Under the pieces are notes generated by a model. The model was not told the origin of the DNA. It searched no databases and saw nothing but the letters and a program-made list of their open reading frames with translations. From positions 7,006 to 71,005 of the forward strand of contig JBAXIA010000003.1 of the NCBI GenBank assembly GCA_037138615.1: a stretch of 64,000 bases of DNA, in the 5' to 3' direction. Numbering within the stretch: the stretch's first letter is position 1; every line of letters starts with the position of its first letter. Shown here piece after piece: positions 27,337 to 36,401 of the stretch. The position numbers and the translations under genes were made by a program. The DNA comes from Mycobacteriaceae bacterium (GTDB lineage Bacteria > Actinomycetota > Actinomycetes > Mycobacteriales > Mycobacteriaceae).

Positions 27337-28904
27337 CAGATCGCGCGGTCGCGATTCTCCCAGTAGGGCTTACGCAGATCTTTTTTCAGCAGCTTTCCCG
27401 TCGGGTTGCGCGGCAGCATCTCGAAGATGTCCACACTGCGTGGGCACTTGTATCCGGCGAGCTTGCCCTTACACCAGGCGATCAGCTCTTCCGGGGTGAC
27501 CTCGGCGCCGGCGGTCAGTTCCACCGCAGCCTTCACCGATTCGCCCCACTTGTCGTCGGGAATGCCGAACACCGCGGCGTCGAGGACGGCGGGATGGTCG
27601 GTCAACGTCCGTTCCACCTCGACGGAGTAGATGTTCTCGCCACCGGAGATGATCATGTCCTTGAGGCGGTCCTCGACGAAGATGAAGCCCTCGTCGTCGA
27701 CGCGGCCGATATCGCCGGTGCGGAACCAGCCGTCGGCGGTGATCGTCTCCGCGGTGGCCTCCGGCTTGTTGTGGTAGCCCTCCATTAACTGCGGTGTGCG
27801 GAACCACAATTCGCCGGGCTGTCCGGGCTCGACATCCGCCAGGGTGTCCGGGTTGACCACGCGGACCTCCACCTCACGGGCAGCCTGGCCGGCGCTGGTG
27901 AGTCGCTCCGGATGGGCTTCGTCGCGGTGCACCTCCGGCGAGAGTTGAGTGATCGCGCCGCACACCTCGGTCAGCCCGTACACCTGAATGAAATCGGTGT
28001 CCGGCCAAGCCTGCAGGGCTGACTTCAGTAGCGCCGGCGGCATGGGTGAGGCGCCGTAGACGAAGGTGCGCAGCGCGCTGAAGAGTTTGACTGCGTCGGG
28101 CCCCATCTCGAGCACCTTGCCGAGCACGGCCGGCACCAGGAAGGTGCGGGTGGCACCGGCAAGTAGTGCCCCCGCCAATGCTGCGCCGTCGACGTCGCGG
28201 GTCATGAGGCTGGGGATACCGGCGTGGATTCCGAACTGCGCATACGACGTACCGCCGACATGGAACAGCGGCATCGACACCATATTCTTATCGTCGGGTT
28301 CGAAATCGAAGGTACCGGCGTTGAGGGTGTGGGCGACCAGATTCGCCTGAGTCAGCCTGATGCCCTTGGGATTTCCGGTCGTTCCCGAGGAGTACATGAT
28401 CACACAGACATCGGTCGGGACGACGTCGGGACTGCGGCCGTGCGGTGTCGCGGCGGCCAGCATCGCCTCGTACTGGTCGCCGTCGGTTCCCTCAGGTGTG
28501 ACCTCGATGACGTGGGCGACATTCGGTAGCCGGTCGAGGATCGCCTCGACCGCTCCCTTGAGTTCGGTGCCGACGATCAGCAGCTTGGCGCCGGAGTCGT
28601 TGAGGACGTAGTCCATCTCGTCGCCGGCCAGCCGGAAGTTGATGATGGCCGTCGCCGCGCCCAGCGATGCCGCAGCGATGGTGGTCTCGACACACGCCGG
28701 ATGGTTCTTGTCCAGGAAGGCCACCACGTCACCGCGGCCGATACCGCGCTCGGCCAGTGCTCCGGCACAACGGCGGATCCGGTCGTCGAACTCGGCCCAG
28801 TTCCAGGTCCGTCCCAGATAATTGATGGCGACCTCGTCAGGCTTGGCCGTGGCCCAGTACGCGGGCCGGTCGTCGAGGAAGCGGGGATCATCAGGCTGCT
28901 GCAT
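27336..28904 (-). CDS. Acyl-CoA synthetase / AMP-dependent ligase
   Basis: YSSGTTGNPKG (A3), YGLTE (A5), TGDIG (A8) and a C-terminal PRNPTGKLLKK. The stop overlaps the menC start by 1 nt (TGATG). Confidence 0.9.
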   Translation of the reverse strand: MQQPDDPRFLDDRPAYWATAKPDEVAINYLGRTWNWAEFDDRIRRCAGALAERGIGRGDVVAFLDKNHPACVETTIAAASLGAATAIINFRLAGDEMDYVLNDSGAKLLIVGTELKGAVEAILDRLPNVAHVIEVTPEGTDGDQYEAMLAAATPHGRSPDVVPTDVCVIMYSSGTTGNPKGIRLTQANLVAHTLNAGTFDFEPDDKNMVSMPLFHVGGTSYAQFGIHAGIPSLMTRDVDGAALAGALLAGATRTFLVPAVLGKVLEMGPDAVKLFSALRTFVYGASPMPPALLKSALQAWPDTDFIQVYGLTEVCGAITQLSPEVHRDEAHPERLTSAGQAAREVEVRVVNPDTLADVEPGQPGELWFRTPQLMEGYHNKPEATAETITADGWFRTGDIGRVDDEGFIFVEDRLKDMIISGGENIYSVEVERTLTDHPAVLDAAVFGIPDDKWGESVKAAVELTAGAEVTPEELIAWCKGKLAGYKCPRSVDIFEMLPRNPTGKLLKKDLRKPYWENRDRAI

Positions 28905-29055
28905 ACCCGTCAGAGTGCCACGTTGGGGCGGGGCCGGAGGCAGGTTCGGGCACGCGGGTCAAAGGTCTGGCCAGACGCTCTATACAGACCCAAATGCCGT
29001 GGCTACGCTTGCCTCGACGTGAGAAAAGCCGACCGAGGGTTAGGGAGCTTCGACG

Positions 29056-29355
29056 ATGAGCCTGGGGAAGATCACCGCAGCCGTATTCGGTATCGTTGCC
29101 GCGACCGCTTCGGCCTCGCTCGGCGTGGCCAACGCGGATACGGGGTCTGCCGCTGACATCGTCAACATGCTTCAGGCGGAGGGCTACAACGTGCAGTTCA
29201 ACATGCCGTCGGAGATGGCGCTGTACCGGTGCACGGTCAGCGGAGTACACGGCATCCCGGTGATGATGATGTCCAGCGGTTCGCTGATGGTGATGATGGG
29301 AAATCCCAATACCACCGTCTATGTCGACCTGGACTGCCCCGACAGCAATAACTAG
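29056..29355 (+). CDS. Small secreted Met-rich protein, unknown function
   Basis: Signal peptide ...ASASLGVANA|DTG, a mature part of about 70 aa with 2 Cys, and the run IPVMMMSSGSLMVMMG. Confidence 0.6.
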   Translation: MSLGKITAAVFGIVAATASASLGVANADTGSAADIVNMLQAEGYNVQFNMPSEMALYRCTVSGVHGIPVMMMSSGSLMVMMGNPNTTVYVDLDCPDSNN

Positions 29356-29408
29356 TCGGTAGCCGGACGGATCGTCGGCCGCAGCACTACTCAGGGTCCG
29401 GCTACCGA
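29356..29408 (+). terminator. Long-stem hairpin immediately after the small secreted-protein gene (possible U-tail-less terminator)
   Basis: 13-bp perfect stem (29356-29368 / 29396-29408, core GGTAGCCGGAC/GTCCGGCTACC) with a 27-nt loop. There is no T-tract. Confidence 0.3.
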
Positions 29409-29443
29409 GGTGCCGCTAGCCCCGTAGGCGAGGCTGTGAGACG

Positions 29444-31057
29444 GTGTTGGCCATGAGCCAAATCGACCTGCTCCGCCACCCCCTGCACGCCGGCCACCTG
29501 ACCGTCGGTGCCCTCAAACGCAACAAGAACCGGCCGGTGCTGTTCCTCGGCGATACCACCCTCACCGGTGGCGAGCTCGCCGAGCGCATCAGCCAGTACA
29601 TCCAGGCCTTCGAGGCCCTGGGCGCGGGCACCGGTGCGACCGTCGGTCTGCTCGCGTTGAACCGCCCGGAGGTGCTGATGATCATCGGCGCGGGTCAAAC
29701 CCAGGGCTATCGGCGCACGGCGCTGCACCCACTGGGTTCGCTGGACGATCACGCCTATGTGCTGTCCGACGGCGGTGCGACGTCTTTGGTGATCGATCCG
29801 GTCCCGATGTTTGTCGAGCGCGCGGTCGGACTGCTGGCGAAGGTGCCGTCGCTGAAGCAGGTCCTGACCCTCGGGCCGGTGCCACCGGAGTTGGCCGATA
29901 TCGGTGTGGATCTGATAGCCGAGGCGGCCAAGTACGCACCGCAGCCGTTGGTGGCAGCCGACTTACCGCCGGACCATATCGGGGGCATGACCTATACCGG
30001 CGGCACCACCGGGAAGCCAAAGGGCGTGATGGGCACGGTCGGGTCGATTTGGACGATGACGACGTCGCAACTCGCCGAATGGGAGTGGCCGGAGCATCCG
30101 CGCTTCCTGATGTGCACCCCGCTGTCACATGCCGGGGCGGCATTCTTCGTACCGACTATCGTCAAGGGCGGCGAACTGATCGTGCTCACCAAGTTCGATC
30201 CGGCTGAGGTGCTGCGCGTGATCGAGGAACAGAAGATTACCGCGACCATGCTGGTGCCGTCGATGATCTACGCCCTGATGGATCATCCGGACTCCCATAC
30301 CCGAGATCTGTCGTCACTGGAGACGGTGTACTACGGCGCTTCGGCAATGAACCCGGTGCGCCTGGCCGAGGCGATCGCCAGGTTCGGCCCGATTTTCGCC
30401 CAGTACTACGGCCAGTCCGAGGCGCCGATGGTGATCACCTACCTGGCCAAGGGTGACCACGATTCCAAGCGCCTGACATCGTGCGGGCGACCCACCCTAT
30501 TCGCCCGCACCGCACTGCTGGACACGGACGGAAATCCGGTGCCGCAGGGAGAAATCGGCGAGATCTGTGTGTCCGGGCCGCTGCTCAGTGGCGGGTACTG
30601 GAATCTGCCGGAGGCCACCGCGGAAGCATTCCGGGATGGTTGGCTGCATACCGGCGATATGGCGCGCGAGGACGAAGACGGCTTCTGGTACATCGTCGAC
30701 CGGGTCAAGGACATGATCGTCACCGGCGGGTTCAACGTATTTCCTCGCGAGGTGGAGGATGTCGTCGCCGAACACCCGGCGGTGGCACAGGTCTGCGTGA
30801 TCGGAACACCGGATGACAAATGGGGTGAGGCGGTGACGGCGGTGATCGTGCTGCGGCCCGATCATCCGAGTGATGAGGCGGCGGTCGCCAAGCTGACCTC
30901 CGAGATCCAGGATGCAGTCAAGGAGCGTAAGGGTTCGGTGCAGTCGCCCAAGCAGGTGATCGTGGTGGATTCCGTTCCGGTGACCGCGTTGGGTAAGCCG
31001 GACAAGAAGTCGGTGCGGGCGAAGTTCTGGGAGGGCGCGGGCCGGGCCATTGGCTAG
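29444..31057 (+). CDS. Acyl-CoA synthetase (FadD8-position homologue)
   Basis: YTGGTTGKPKG, YGQSE, TGDMA and a C-terminal KPDKK. Its orientation and place relative to menB/menC match fadD8 of M. tuberculosis, from memory. Confidence 0.88.
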   Translation: MLAMSQIDLLRHPLHAGHLTVGALKRNKNRPVLFLGDTTLTGGELAERISQYIQAFEALGAGTGATVGLLALNRPEVLMIIGAGQTQGYRRTALHPLGSLDDHAYVLSDGGATSLVIDPVPMFVERAVGLLAKVPSLKQVLTLGPVPPELADIGVDLIAEAAKYAPQPLVAADLPPDHIGGMTYTGGTTGKPKGVMGTVGSIWTMTTSQLAEWEWPEHPRFLMCTPLSHAGAAFFVPTIVKGGELIVLTKFDPAEVLRVIEEQKITATMLVPSMIYALMDHPDSHTRDLSSLETVYYGASAMNPVRLAEAIARFGPIFAQYYGQSEAPMVITYLAKGDHDSKRLTSCGRPTLFARTALLDTDGNPVPQGEIGEICVSGPLLSGGYWNLPEATAEAFRDGWLHTGDMAREDEDGFWYIVDRVKDMIVTGGFNVFPREVEDVVAEHPAVAQVCVIGTPDDKWGEAVTAVIVLRPDHPSDEAAVAKLTSEIQDAVKERKGSVQSPKQVIVVDSVPVTALGKPDKKSVRAKFWEGAGRAIG

Positions 31058-31691
31058 CGTGCGCGCGGTTCTCTTCGATTTCTCCGGCACGCTGGCCAGT
31101 TGCGAGGCCCGGGACGCCTGGTTCACCGGTATGGGATTGAACGGCGCGCAACGGACCGAGGTGATGGACCGGTTGACGCACCCCACCGCCAGCGTGACGC
31201 ACCACGCCTGGGAGCGTCGCGACCTGGATCCGGCACTGCACCGGGAGGCCTACCTGCATGTGCTGAAGGCCTCGGGGTTGGGTGACGAACATGCCGAACA
31301 GCTCTACAGTCGCGTCACCGATCCGGCCGAATGGGCGGTGTACCCCGACAGTGTGTTTGCGTTGAAATCCCTGCGGCAGAACGGGATCGCCACCGCCGTC
31401 GTCTCCAATATCGCCTGGGATATCCGTGCCGTACTGGCAACGGCCGAGGTCGACGAGTACGTGCTGTCCTTCGAAGTAGGCGCCGCCAAGCCGGACCCGC
31501 GGATATTCATCGAGGCACTGACCCGGCTCGGGGTACGGGCCGACGAAGCGTTGATGATCGGCGACAGCGAGGAGAACGACGGCGCCGCCCGAGAGTTGGG
31601 CTGTGATTTCGCGCTGGTGGATCCACTGCCCATCGCCGAGCGGCGCACCGGACTGATCGACGCGCTGCGTGAGCGGGGCGTAAGTCTCTAG
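31050..31691 (+). CDS. HAD-superfamily hydrolase
   Basis: Motif I LFDFSGTL, motif II VVSN, and motif IV GDSEENDGAAR. The start may be the GTG at 31059. Confidence 0.8.
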   Translation: MASVRAVLFDFSGTLASCEARDAWFTGMGLNGAQRTEVMDRLTHPTASVTHHAWERRDLDPALHREAYLHVLKASGLGDEHAEQLYSRVTDPAEWAVYPDSVFALKSLRQNGIATAVVSNIAWDIRAVLATAEVDEYVLSFEVGAAKPDPRIFIEALTRLGVRADEALMIGDSEENDGAARELGCDFALVDPLPIAERRTGLIDALRERGVSL

Positions 31692-31700
31692 CGTAACTTC

Positions 31701-32621
31701 TTGGCTGTGAGCGATAACCCGTTCAACCCGGAGCTGTGGCAGCCCGTGCAGGGCTTCGCCGACCTCACCGATATCACCTACCACCATCATGTGCTCGACG
31801 GCGTGCGTCGACCGACCGTGCGGGTCGCCTTCAACCGCCCGCAGGTGCGCAACGCCTTTCGCCCGCACACCGTCGACGAGCTTTACCGCGCACTCGACCA
31901 CGCACGGATGTCGCCCGATGTCGGTGTGGTGTTGCTGACCGGTAACGGCCCCTCGGCCTCAGACGGCGGCTGGGCGTTCTGTTCCGGTGGTGACCAACGG
32001 ATCCGCGGCCGCTCCGGCTACCAGTACGCCAACGGCGAGACCGCCGACACCGTTGATGCCGCACGGGCCGGCCGGTTGCACATCCTGGAGGTGCAGCGGC
32101 TGATCCGATTCATGCCCAAGGTGGTCATCTGTCTAGTCAACGGCTGGGCGGCCGGCGGCGGGCACAGCCTGCACGTGACCTGCGACCTGACCCTGGCCAG
32201 CCGCGAGCACGCCCGCTTTAAACAGACTGACGCTGATGTCGGCAGCTTTGACGGCGGCTACGGCAGCGCATATCTGGCCAAACAGGTCGGCCAGAAGTTC
32301 GCCCGGGAGATCTTCTTCCTCGGCGAAACCTATAGCGCCGAGCAGATGCATCAGATGGGTGCGGTGAATCGCGTCGTCGAGCATGCCCAGTTAGAAAATG
32401 TCGCACTCGACTGGGCAGCCACGATCAACGGCAAATCGCCTCAGGCGCAACGGATGTTGAAGTTCGCGTTCAATCTCCTCGATGACGGCCTGGTGGGCCA
32501 GCAGATCTTCGCCGGCGAGGCCACCCGGCTGGCCTATATGACCGATGAAGCGGTCGAGGGCCGGGACGCATTCCTGGAGAAGCGCGATCCTGACTACAGC
32601 CCATTCCCCCGCTACTTCTGA
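31701..32621 (+). CDS. menB: 1,4-dihydroxy-2-naphthoyl-CoA synthase
   Basis: Long stretches are identical to the MenB I recall (FCSGGDQRIRGRSGYQY..., RLHILEVQRLIRFMPKVVICLVNGWAAGGGHSLHV..., C-terminal PFPRYF). It has a TTG start. Confidence 0.96.
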   Translation: MAVSDNPFNPELWQPVQGFADLTDITYHHHVLDGVRRPTVRVAFNRPQVRNAFRPHTVDELYRALDHARMSPDVGVVLLTGNGPSASDGGWAFCSGGDQRIRGRSGYQYANGETADTVDAARAGRLHILEVQRLIRFMPKVVICLVNGWAAGGGHSLHVTCDLTLASREHARFKQTDADVGSFDGGYGSAYLAKQVGQKFAREIFFLGETYSAEQMHQMGAVNRVVEHAQLENVALDWAATINGKSPQAQRMLKFAFNLLDDGLVGQQIFAGEATRLAYMTDEAVEGRDAFLEKRDPDYSPFPRYF

Positions 32622-32641
32622 GTGTCCATAGACTCAGGGAC

Positions 32642-33496
32642 GTGACACTGCGCCGGAAACTGACCGAGGCGATCGCACTGACCGGCATGCGGCCACCGCT
32701 GACGGTGTCTGGCCGCACCCGAATTACCCTGCGCGGCAAGCGGGTACTGATCACCGGGGCATCCTCGGGTATCGGAGAAGCCGGGGCCGAGAGATTCGCC
32801 GCCGCGGGCGCCGAAGTCATCGTCGTTGCACGCCGCGCGGACCTGCTGGAGGCGCTCGCGATGCGGATCGCCGAGACCGGCGGCGTAGCCACCGCCCTGC
32901 CCTGCGATCTGTCCGATCTCGACGCCGTGGATGAACTGGCGGCAGGCGTCGAGAAGCGTTTCGGCGGGGTGGACATCCTGGTCAACAATGCCGGGCGCTC
33001 GATCCGCAGACCGCTGGCCGAGTCACTGGACCGCTGGCATGACGTCGAACGCACCATGACGCTGAACTATTACTCACCACTGCGGCTCATCCGCGGCCTG
33101 GCACCGGGGATGATCGAGCGCCGCGACGGCCACATCATCAACGTGGCGACCTGGGGAGTGCTCACCGAGGCGCCGCCATTGTTCGGGGTCTACAACGCCT
33201 CCAAGGCCGCGCTGAGCGCTGTCAGCCGGGTCATCGAGACCGAGTGGTCACGCCAGGGTGTGCATTCGACGACGCTGTACTACCCGTTGGTGGCCACCCC
33301 GATGATCTCCCCGACCAAGGCCTACGACGGTGTGCCCGCACTCAGCCCGCAGGAGGCGGCGCAATGGATGATTGATGCGGCCGTGCACCGCCCGGTGCGC
33401 ATCGCCCCGCGCTTCGGGGTGGGAGCCCGGGCCCTCGATGTCGTCGCGCCAGGCGCACTTAACCGCCTGCTCAGACAACAGCGAGTTCAGCCATAA
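32642..33496 (+). CDS. Short-chain dehydrogenase/reductase (Rv0547c-like)
   Basis: VLITGASSGIG, NNAG and YNASKAAL motifs. Confidence 0.88.
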   Translation: MTLRRKLTEAIALTGMRPPLTVSGRTRITLRGKRVLITGASSGIGEAGAERFAAAGAEVIVVARRADLLEALAMRIAETGGVATALPCDLSDLDAVDELAAGVEKRFGGVDILVNNAGRSIRRPLAESLDRWHDVERTMTLNYYSPLRLIRGLAPGMIERRDGHIINVATWGVLTEAPPLFGVYNASKAALSAVSRVIETEWSRQGVHSTTLYYPLVATPMISPTKAYDGVPALSPQEAAQWMIDAAVHRPVRIAPRFGVGARALDVVAPGALNRLLRQQRVQP

Positions 33497-33506
33497 GCTG
33501 GGTGCC

Positions 33507-33881
33507 ATGGAGATCCTTGCGAGCCGAGTACTGCTACGCCCGGCCGACTACGACCGTTCGCTGAATTTCTATCGTGACGTGCTGGGACTGGCGATCGCCC
33601 GCGAATACCACGGCGGGACGGTGTTTTTCGCAGGGCAGTCGCTGATAGAGCTCGCCGGCCACGGTGAACCGAAGACATTCTCCGGTGCCCTGTGGCTACA
33701 GGTGCGGGACGTCTACGCCACCCAGGAAGAACTTGCCGCGTGGGGTGTCGACGTACGCCGCGAGGCCAGACAAGAGCCGTGGGGTCTGCATGAGATGCAT
33801 ATCAACGACCCCGATGGTGTCACGCTGATCTTCGTACAGATCCCTGCCGAGCACCCGTTGCGCCGCGACAGCAGAAGCTGA
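33507..33881 (+). CDS. VOC/glyoxalase-fold protein (Rv0546c-like)
   Basis: MEILASRVLLRPADYDRSLNFYRDVLGL... has a typical VOC beta-alpha-beta-beta-beta start. The ATG at 33507 is chosen over the overlapping longer ORF. Confidence 0.8.
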   Translation: MEILASRVLLRPADYDRSLNFYRDVLGLAIAREYHGGTVFFAGQSLIELAGHGEPKTFSGALWLQVRDVYATQEELAAWGVDVRREARQEPWGLHEMHINDPDGVTLIFVQIPAEHPLRRDSRS

Positions 33882-33887
33882 ACCGGT

Positions 33888-34202
33888 CTAGCGCCGACCT
33901 TCCAGTGGCCAGCCCACCGAGGCGAGCCGACCGGCGACCTGGTTGATCTCTTCTGGGTTGGGATCCTTCTCAATCACCTGGCGGACCGCGTCGCGGATCT
34001 GGTCCTCAGTCACCGGGGCGTCGCCATCGCTCTGCTTCAGCACCGTCTGAGCCGCTTTGACGACCTCTTCCTCGCTCAATGACCTCAGTAGCAAAGCCAG
34101 CAGCGGGAAGTAATCCTTCGGCGGCACGCCCTGGGGGTAGCCCTCATGCAACCAGTCCAGAACGTGTTCGCCGAAACCGGGGGCGCCATCGACAGCAGTC
34201 AT
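33888..34202 (-). CDS. DUF3349 protein (paralogue a, attached to the pitA module)
   Basis: WLHEGYPQGVPPKDYFPLLALLLRSLSEEEV...LASVGWPL shares its pattern with 36022..36333 and with Rv0543c. Confidence 0.8.
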   Translation of the reverse strand: MTAVDGAPGFGEHVLDWLHEGYPQGVPPKDYFPLLALLLRSLSEEEVVKAAQTVLKQSDGDAPVTEDQIRDAVRQVIEKDPNPEEINQVAGRLASVGWPLEGRR

Positions 34203-34209
34203 CGCGATC

Positions 34210-34494
34210 TCACTTCTTGGGGAACATCGGGAACAGGTCGATACCGAAGTGGTGAATGATCGTCGCCCGGGTGATCCAGGCGACCGCGGTCACGATCACC
34301 AACGCGACGAACAGGAACAGCAGAATACCGAGGTACTTCAGCGGTGGATTGGCCTTGTGCATCAGGTGATCGGCCTCTTCGCCGCCGGCCCCGTGCGAGT
34401 AGGCCAGCATCCCGACGCCAAACAGCGCCGGCAGACCCGCACCGAGTACCAGTCCCACAACAAGGACCTTGAAAATGCTTTCCAGGTAGTTCAT
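34210..34494 (-). CDS. Small two-helix membrane protein (Rv0544c-like)
   Basis: 94 aa with two hydrophobic helices, directly downstream of pitA. Confidence 0.65.
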   Translation of the reverse strand: MNYLESIFKVLVVGLVLGAGLPALFGVGMLAYSHGAGGEEADHLMHKANPPLKYLGILLFLFVALVIVTAVAWITRATIIHHFGIDLFPMFPKK

Positions 34495-34526
34495 CAGCGT
34501 GTCCTTAGGGTCGTGGCAGGCAGGGG

Positions 34527-35792
34527 TCAGACGGAGGTCGTGGTCTTGATTTTGGTGTTGGTCTTGGCAGCCTCGGCAGCCTCGCGGACCTCCGCGGGCA
34601 CCACCGAGTTGGTGGAGCTGTCCCAGTCGGCGTTGACGTTGCTGCTATCGACCTTCTGCTTCGAGGCCCGCCACCACATGTAGAACGACAGCCCGACCAG
34701 GATCAGGAAGATCAGCCCGTCACCGGCAAGCTGCGAACCGGAGAGAGTCTTGACCGCGTCCGACAGCCAGTACGACAGTGCGCCGACCAGGGCCGCGGCC
34801 GGGAGGGTGACCAGCCAGGCCACCGCCATCCGGCCCGCGACCGCCCAGCGCACCTCGGCGCCCGGCTTACCCACACCGCTGCCCAGGATCGAGCCGGTCG
34901 CGACGTGGGTGGTGGACAGCGCCATACCGGCCGCACTCGAGCTGAGGATGATCGCGGCTGAGGAGGCTTCAGCGGCGAGGCCCTGCGGGGACTCGATCTC
35001 CACCAGGCCCTTGCCCAGTGTCCGAATGACCCGCCAGCCGCCGAGGTAGGTGCCGAGACCGATGGCGACCGCGCAGCTGAAGATGATCCAGAACGGCAGA
35101 CCGTCCTTCTTGACGTCGCCGGTCAGATGCCCGGTGGTGATCAGCGCCAGCGCGATCACGCCCATGGTCTTCTGTGCGTCATTGGTGCCGTGGGCGAGCG
35201 CGACCAATGATGCCGTTGCGATCTGGCCCCAGCGGAATCCCTCCTCGCGCCGACGCTGAAGCACCTTGCGGGTGATGCGGTAGACCAGCCAGGTTCCGCA
35301 GGCGGCGACCAGGCCGGCGATCAGCGGGGCGGCCACAGCCGGAATCAGCACCTTCTGGGTGACGCCACTCCAGTTGACGCCGGCGGTACCGAGCGCTGCC
35401 AGCCCGGCGCCGATCAGACCACCGAAGAGGGCGTGAGACGAGCTCGAGGGGATGCCGAACAGCCAGGTGAGCAGGTTCCACAGGATGCCGCCGATGAGAC
35501 CGGCGAAGATGATCGTCAACCCGGTCGAAGCATCGATGCCCGGCAGCAGGTGCCCGGTCTTGGCGTCCTGAACCTTCAGCACCGAGGTGGTCACCGTCAC
35601 GGCGACCTCCACGGACAGGAAGGCCCCGACCAGGTTGAGGATCCCGGCCAGCAGGACCGCGGTCTTGGGCTTGAGCGCGCCGGTCGCGATGGAGGTGGCC
35701 ATGGCGTTTCCGGTGTCGTGGAAACCATTCGTGAAATCGAAGGCCAACGCGGTCGCTATCAAGATCACCAGAATGATCATCTCTGTTCCCAT
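34527..35792 (-). CDS. pitA: Inorganic phosphate transporter, PiT family
   Basis: FDFTNGFHDTGNAMATSI and a repeated GTNDAQKTMG-type motif. It is about 420 aa and polytopic. Confidence 0.93.
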   Translation of the reverse strand: MGTEMIILVILIATALAFDFTNGFHDTGNAMATSIATGALKPKTAVLLAGILNLVGAFLSVEVAVTVTTSVLKVQDAKTGHLLPGIDASTGLTIIFAGLIGGILWNLLTWLFGIPSSSSHALFGGLIGAGLAALGTAGVNWSGVTQKVLIPAVAAPLIAGLVAACGTWLVYRITRKVLQRRREEGFRWGQIATASLVALAHGTNDAQKTMGVIALALITTGHLTGDVKKDGLPFWIIFSCAVAIGLGTYLGGWRVIRTLGKGLVEIESPQGLAAEASSAAIILSSSAAGMALSTTHVATGSILGSGVGKPGAEVRWAVAGRMAVAWLVTLPAAALVGALSYWLSDAVKTLSGSQLAGDGLIFLILVGLSFYMWWRASKQKVDSSNVNADWDSSTNSVVPAEVREAAEAAKTNTKIKTTTSV

Positions 35793-36021
35793 GGATAGAC
35801 ATTCTGCGGCTACTCCGCGCTTTTTGACTAATTATCTCCAGCAGGGTGACAAAAGTCCTACCAGGGAGTTTTCTTGAACTGTTCAGGAATTCATCCGGAG
35901 TTCACCAGCTGTATGCCACTACGTTGATTTCCATGGCGGCCCGTCGCGTGAACTCGCAATCGCACCGGGGGCCAACCTCTAAGCTCAAGTCCGGGGACCT
36001 GCACATGCCCCCTGTCCGGAG

Positions 36022-36333
36022 GTGATGTGGGTGAACCGATTCCTCAACTCCGTCGTCTCGTGGCTTCGCGCCGGGTACCCCACGGGCGTTCCGGACACCG
36101 ACTACCTGCCGATTCTTGCCTTGCTGTCGCGGCGGCTCACCAAAGACGAAGTAATCCTCATCGCCAGCGAGCTCATGCATCTCGCGGATCCGGACTTCGC
36201 CGATATCGGTGCGGAGATTATGCGGATCACCGACGAGTTGCCCGCACCCACCGATGTCGAACGGGTGCGGGAGAAGTTGGCAGCGCACGGCTGGCCACTC
36301 GATAACCCGCGCGACACCGAGGATGCCGAATAG
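36022..36333 (+). CDS. DUF3349 protein (paralogue b, Rv0543c position upstream of menE)
   Basis: WLRAGYPTGVPDTDYLPILALLSRRLTKDEV...LAAHGWPL. GGAGG lies upstream of the GTG/ATG at 36022/36025. Confidence 0.8.
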   Translation: MMWVNRFLNSVVSWLRAGYPTGVPDTDYLPILALLSRRLTKDEVILIASELMHLADPDFADIGAEIMRITDELPAPTDVERVREKLAAHGWPLDNPRDTEDAE

Positions 36334-36401
36334 CAATCCTGCGCGCGCTCGCGATCCCAGCGGGCCCGTCGGCGCTGTCACTGCTCGCCGCCCTAGAGGG
36401 T

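Noticed and set aside
30918-31901. 327-aa minus-strand ORF antisense to the fadD 3' end, the HAD hydrolase and the menB 5' end
   Set aside because: It spans three well-supported plus-strand genes and has no motifs of its own. It is a shadow frame.
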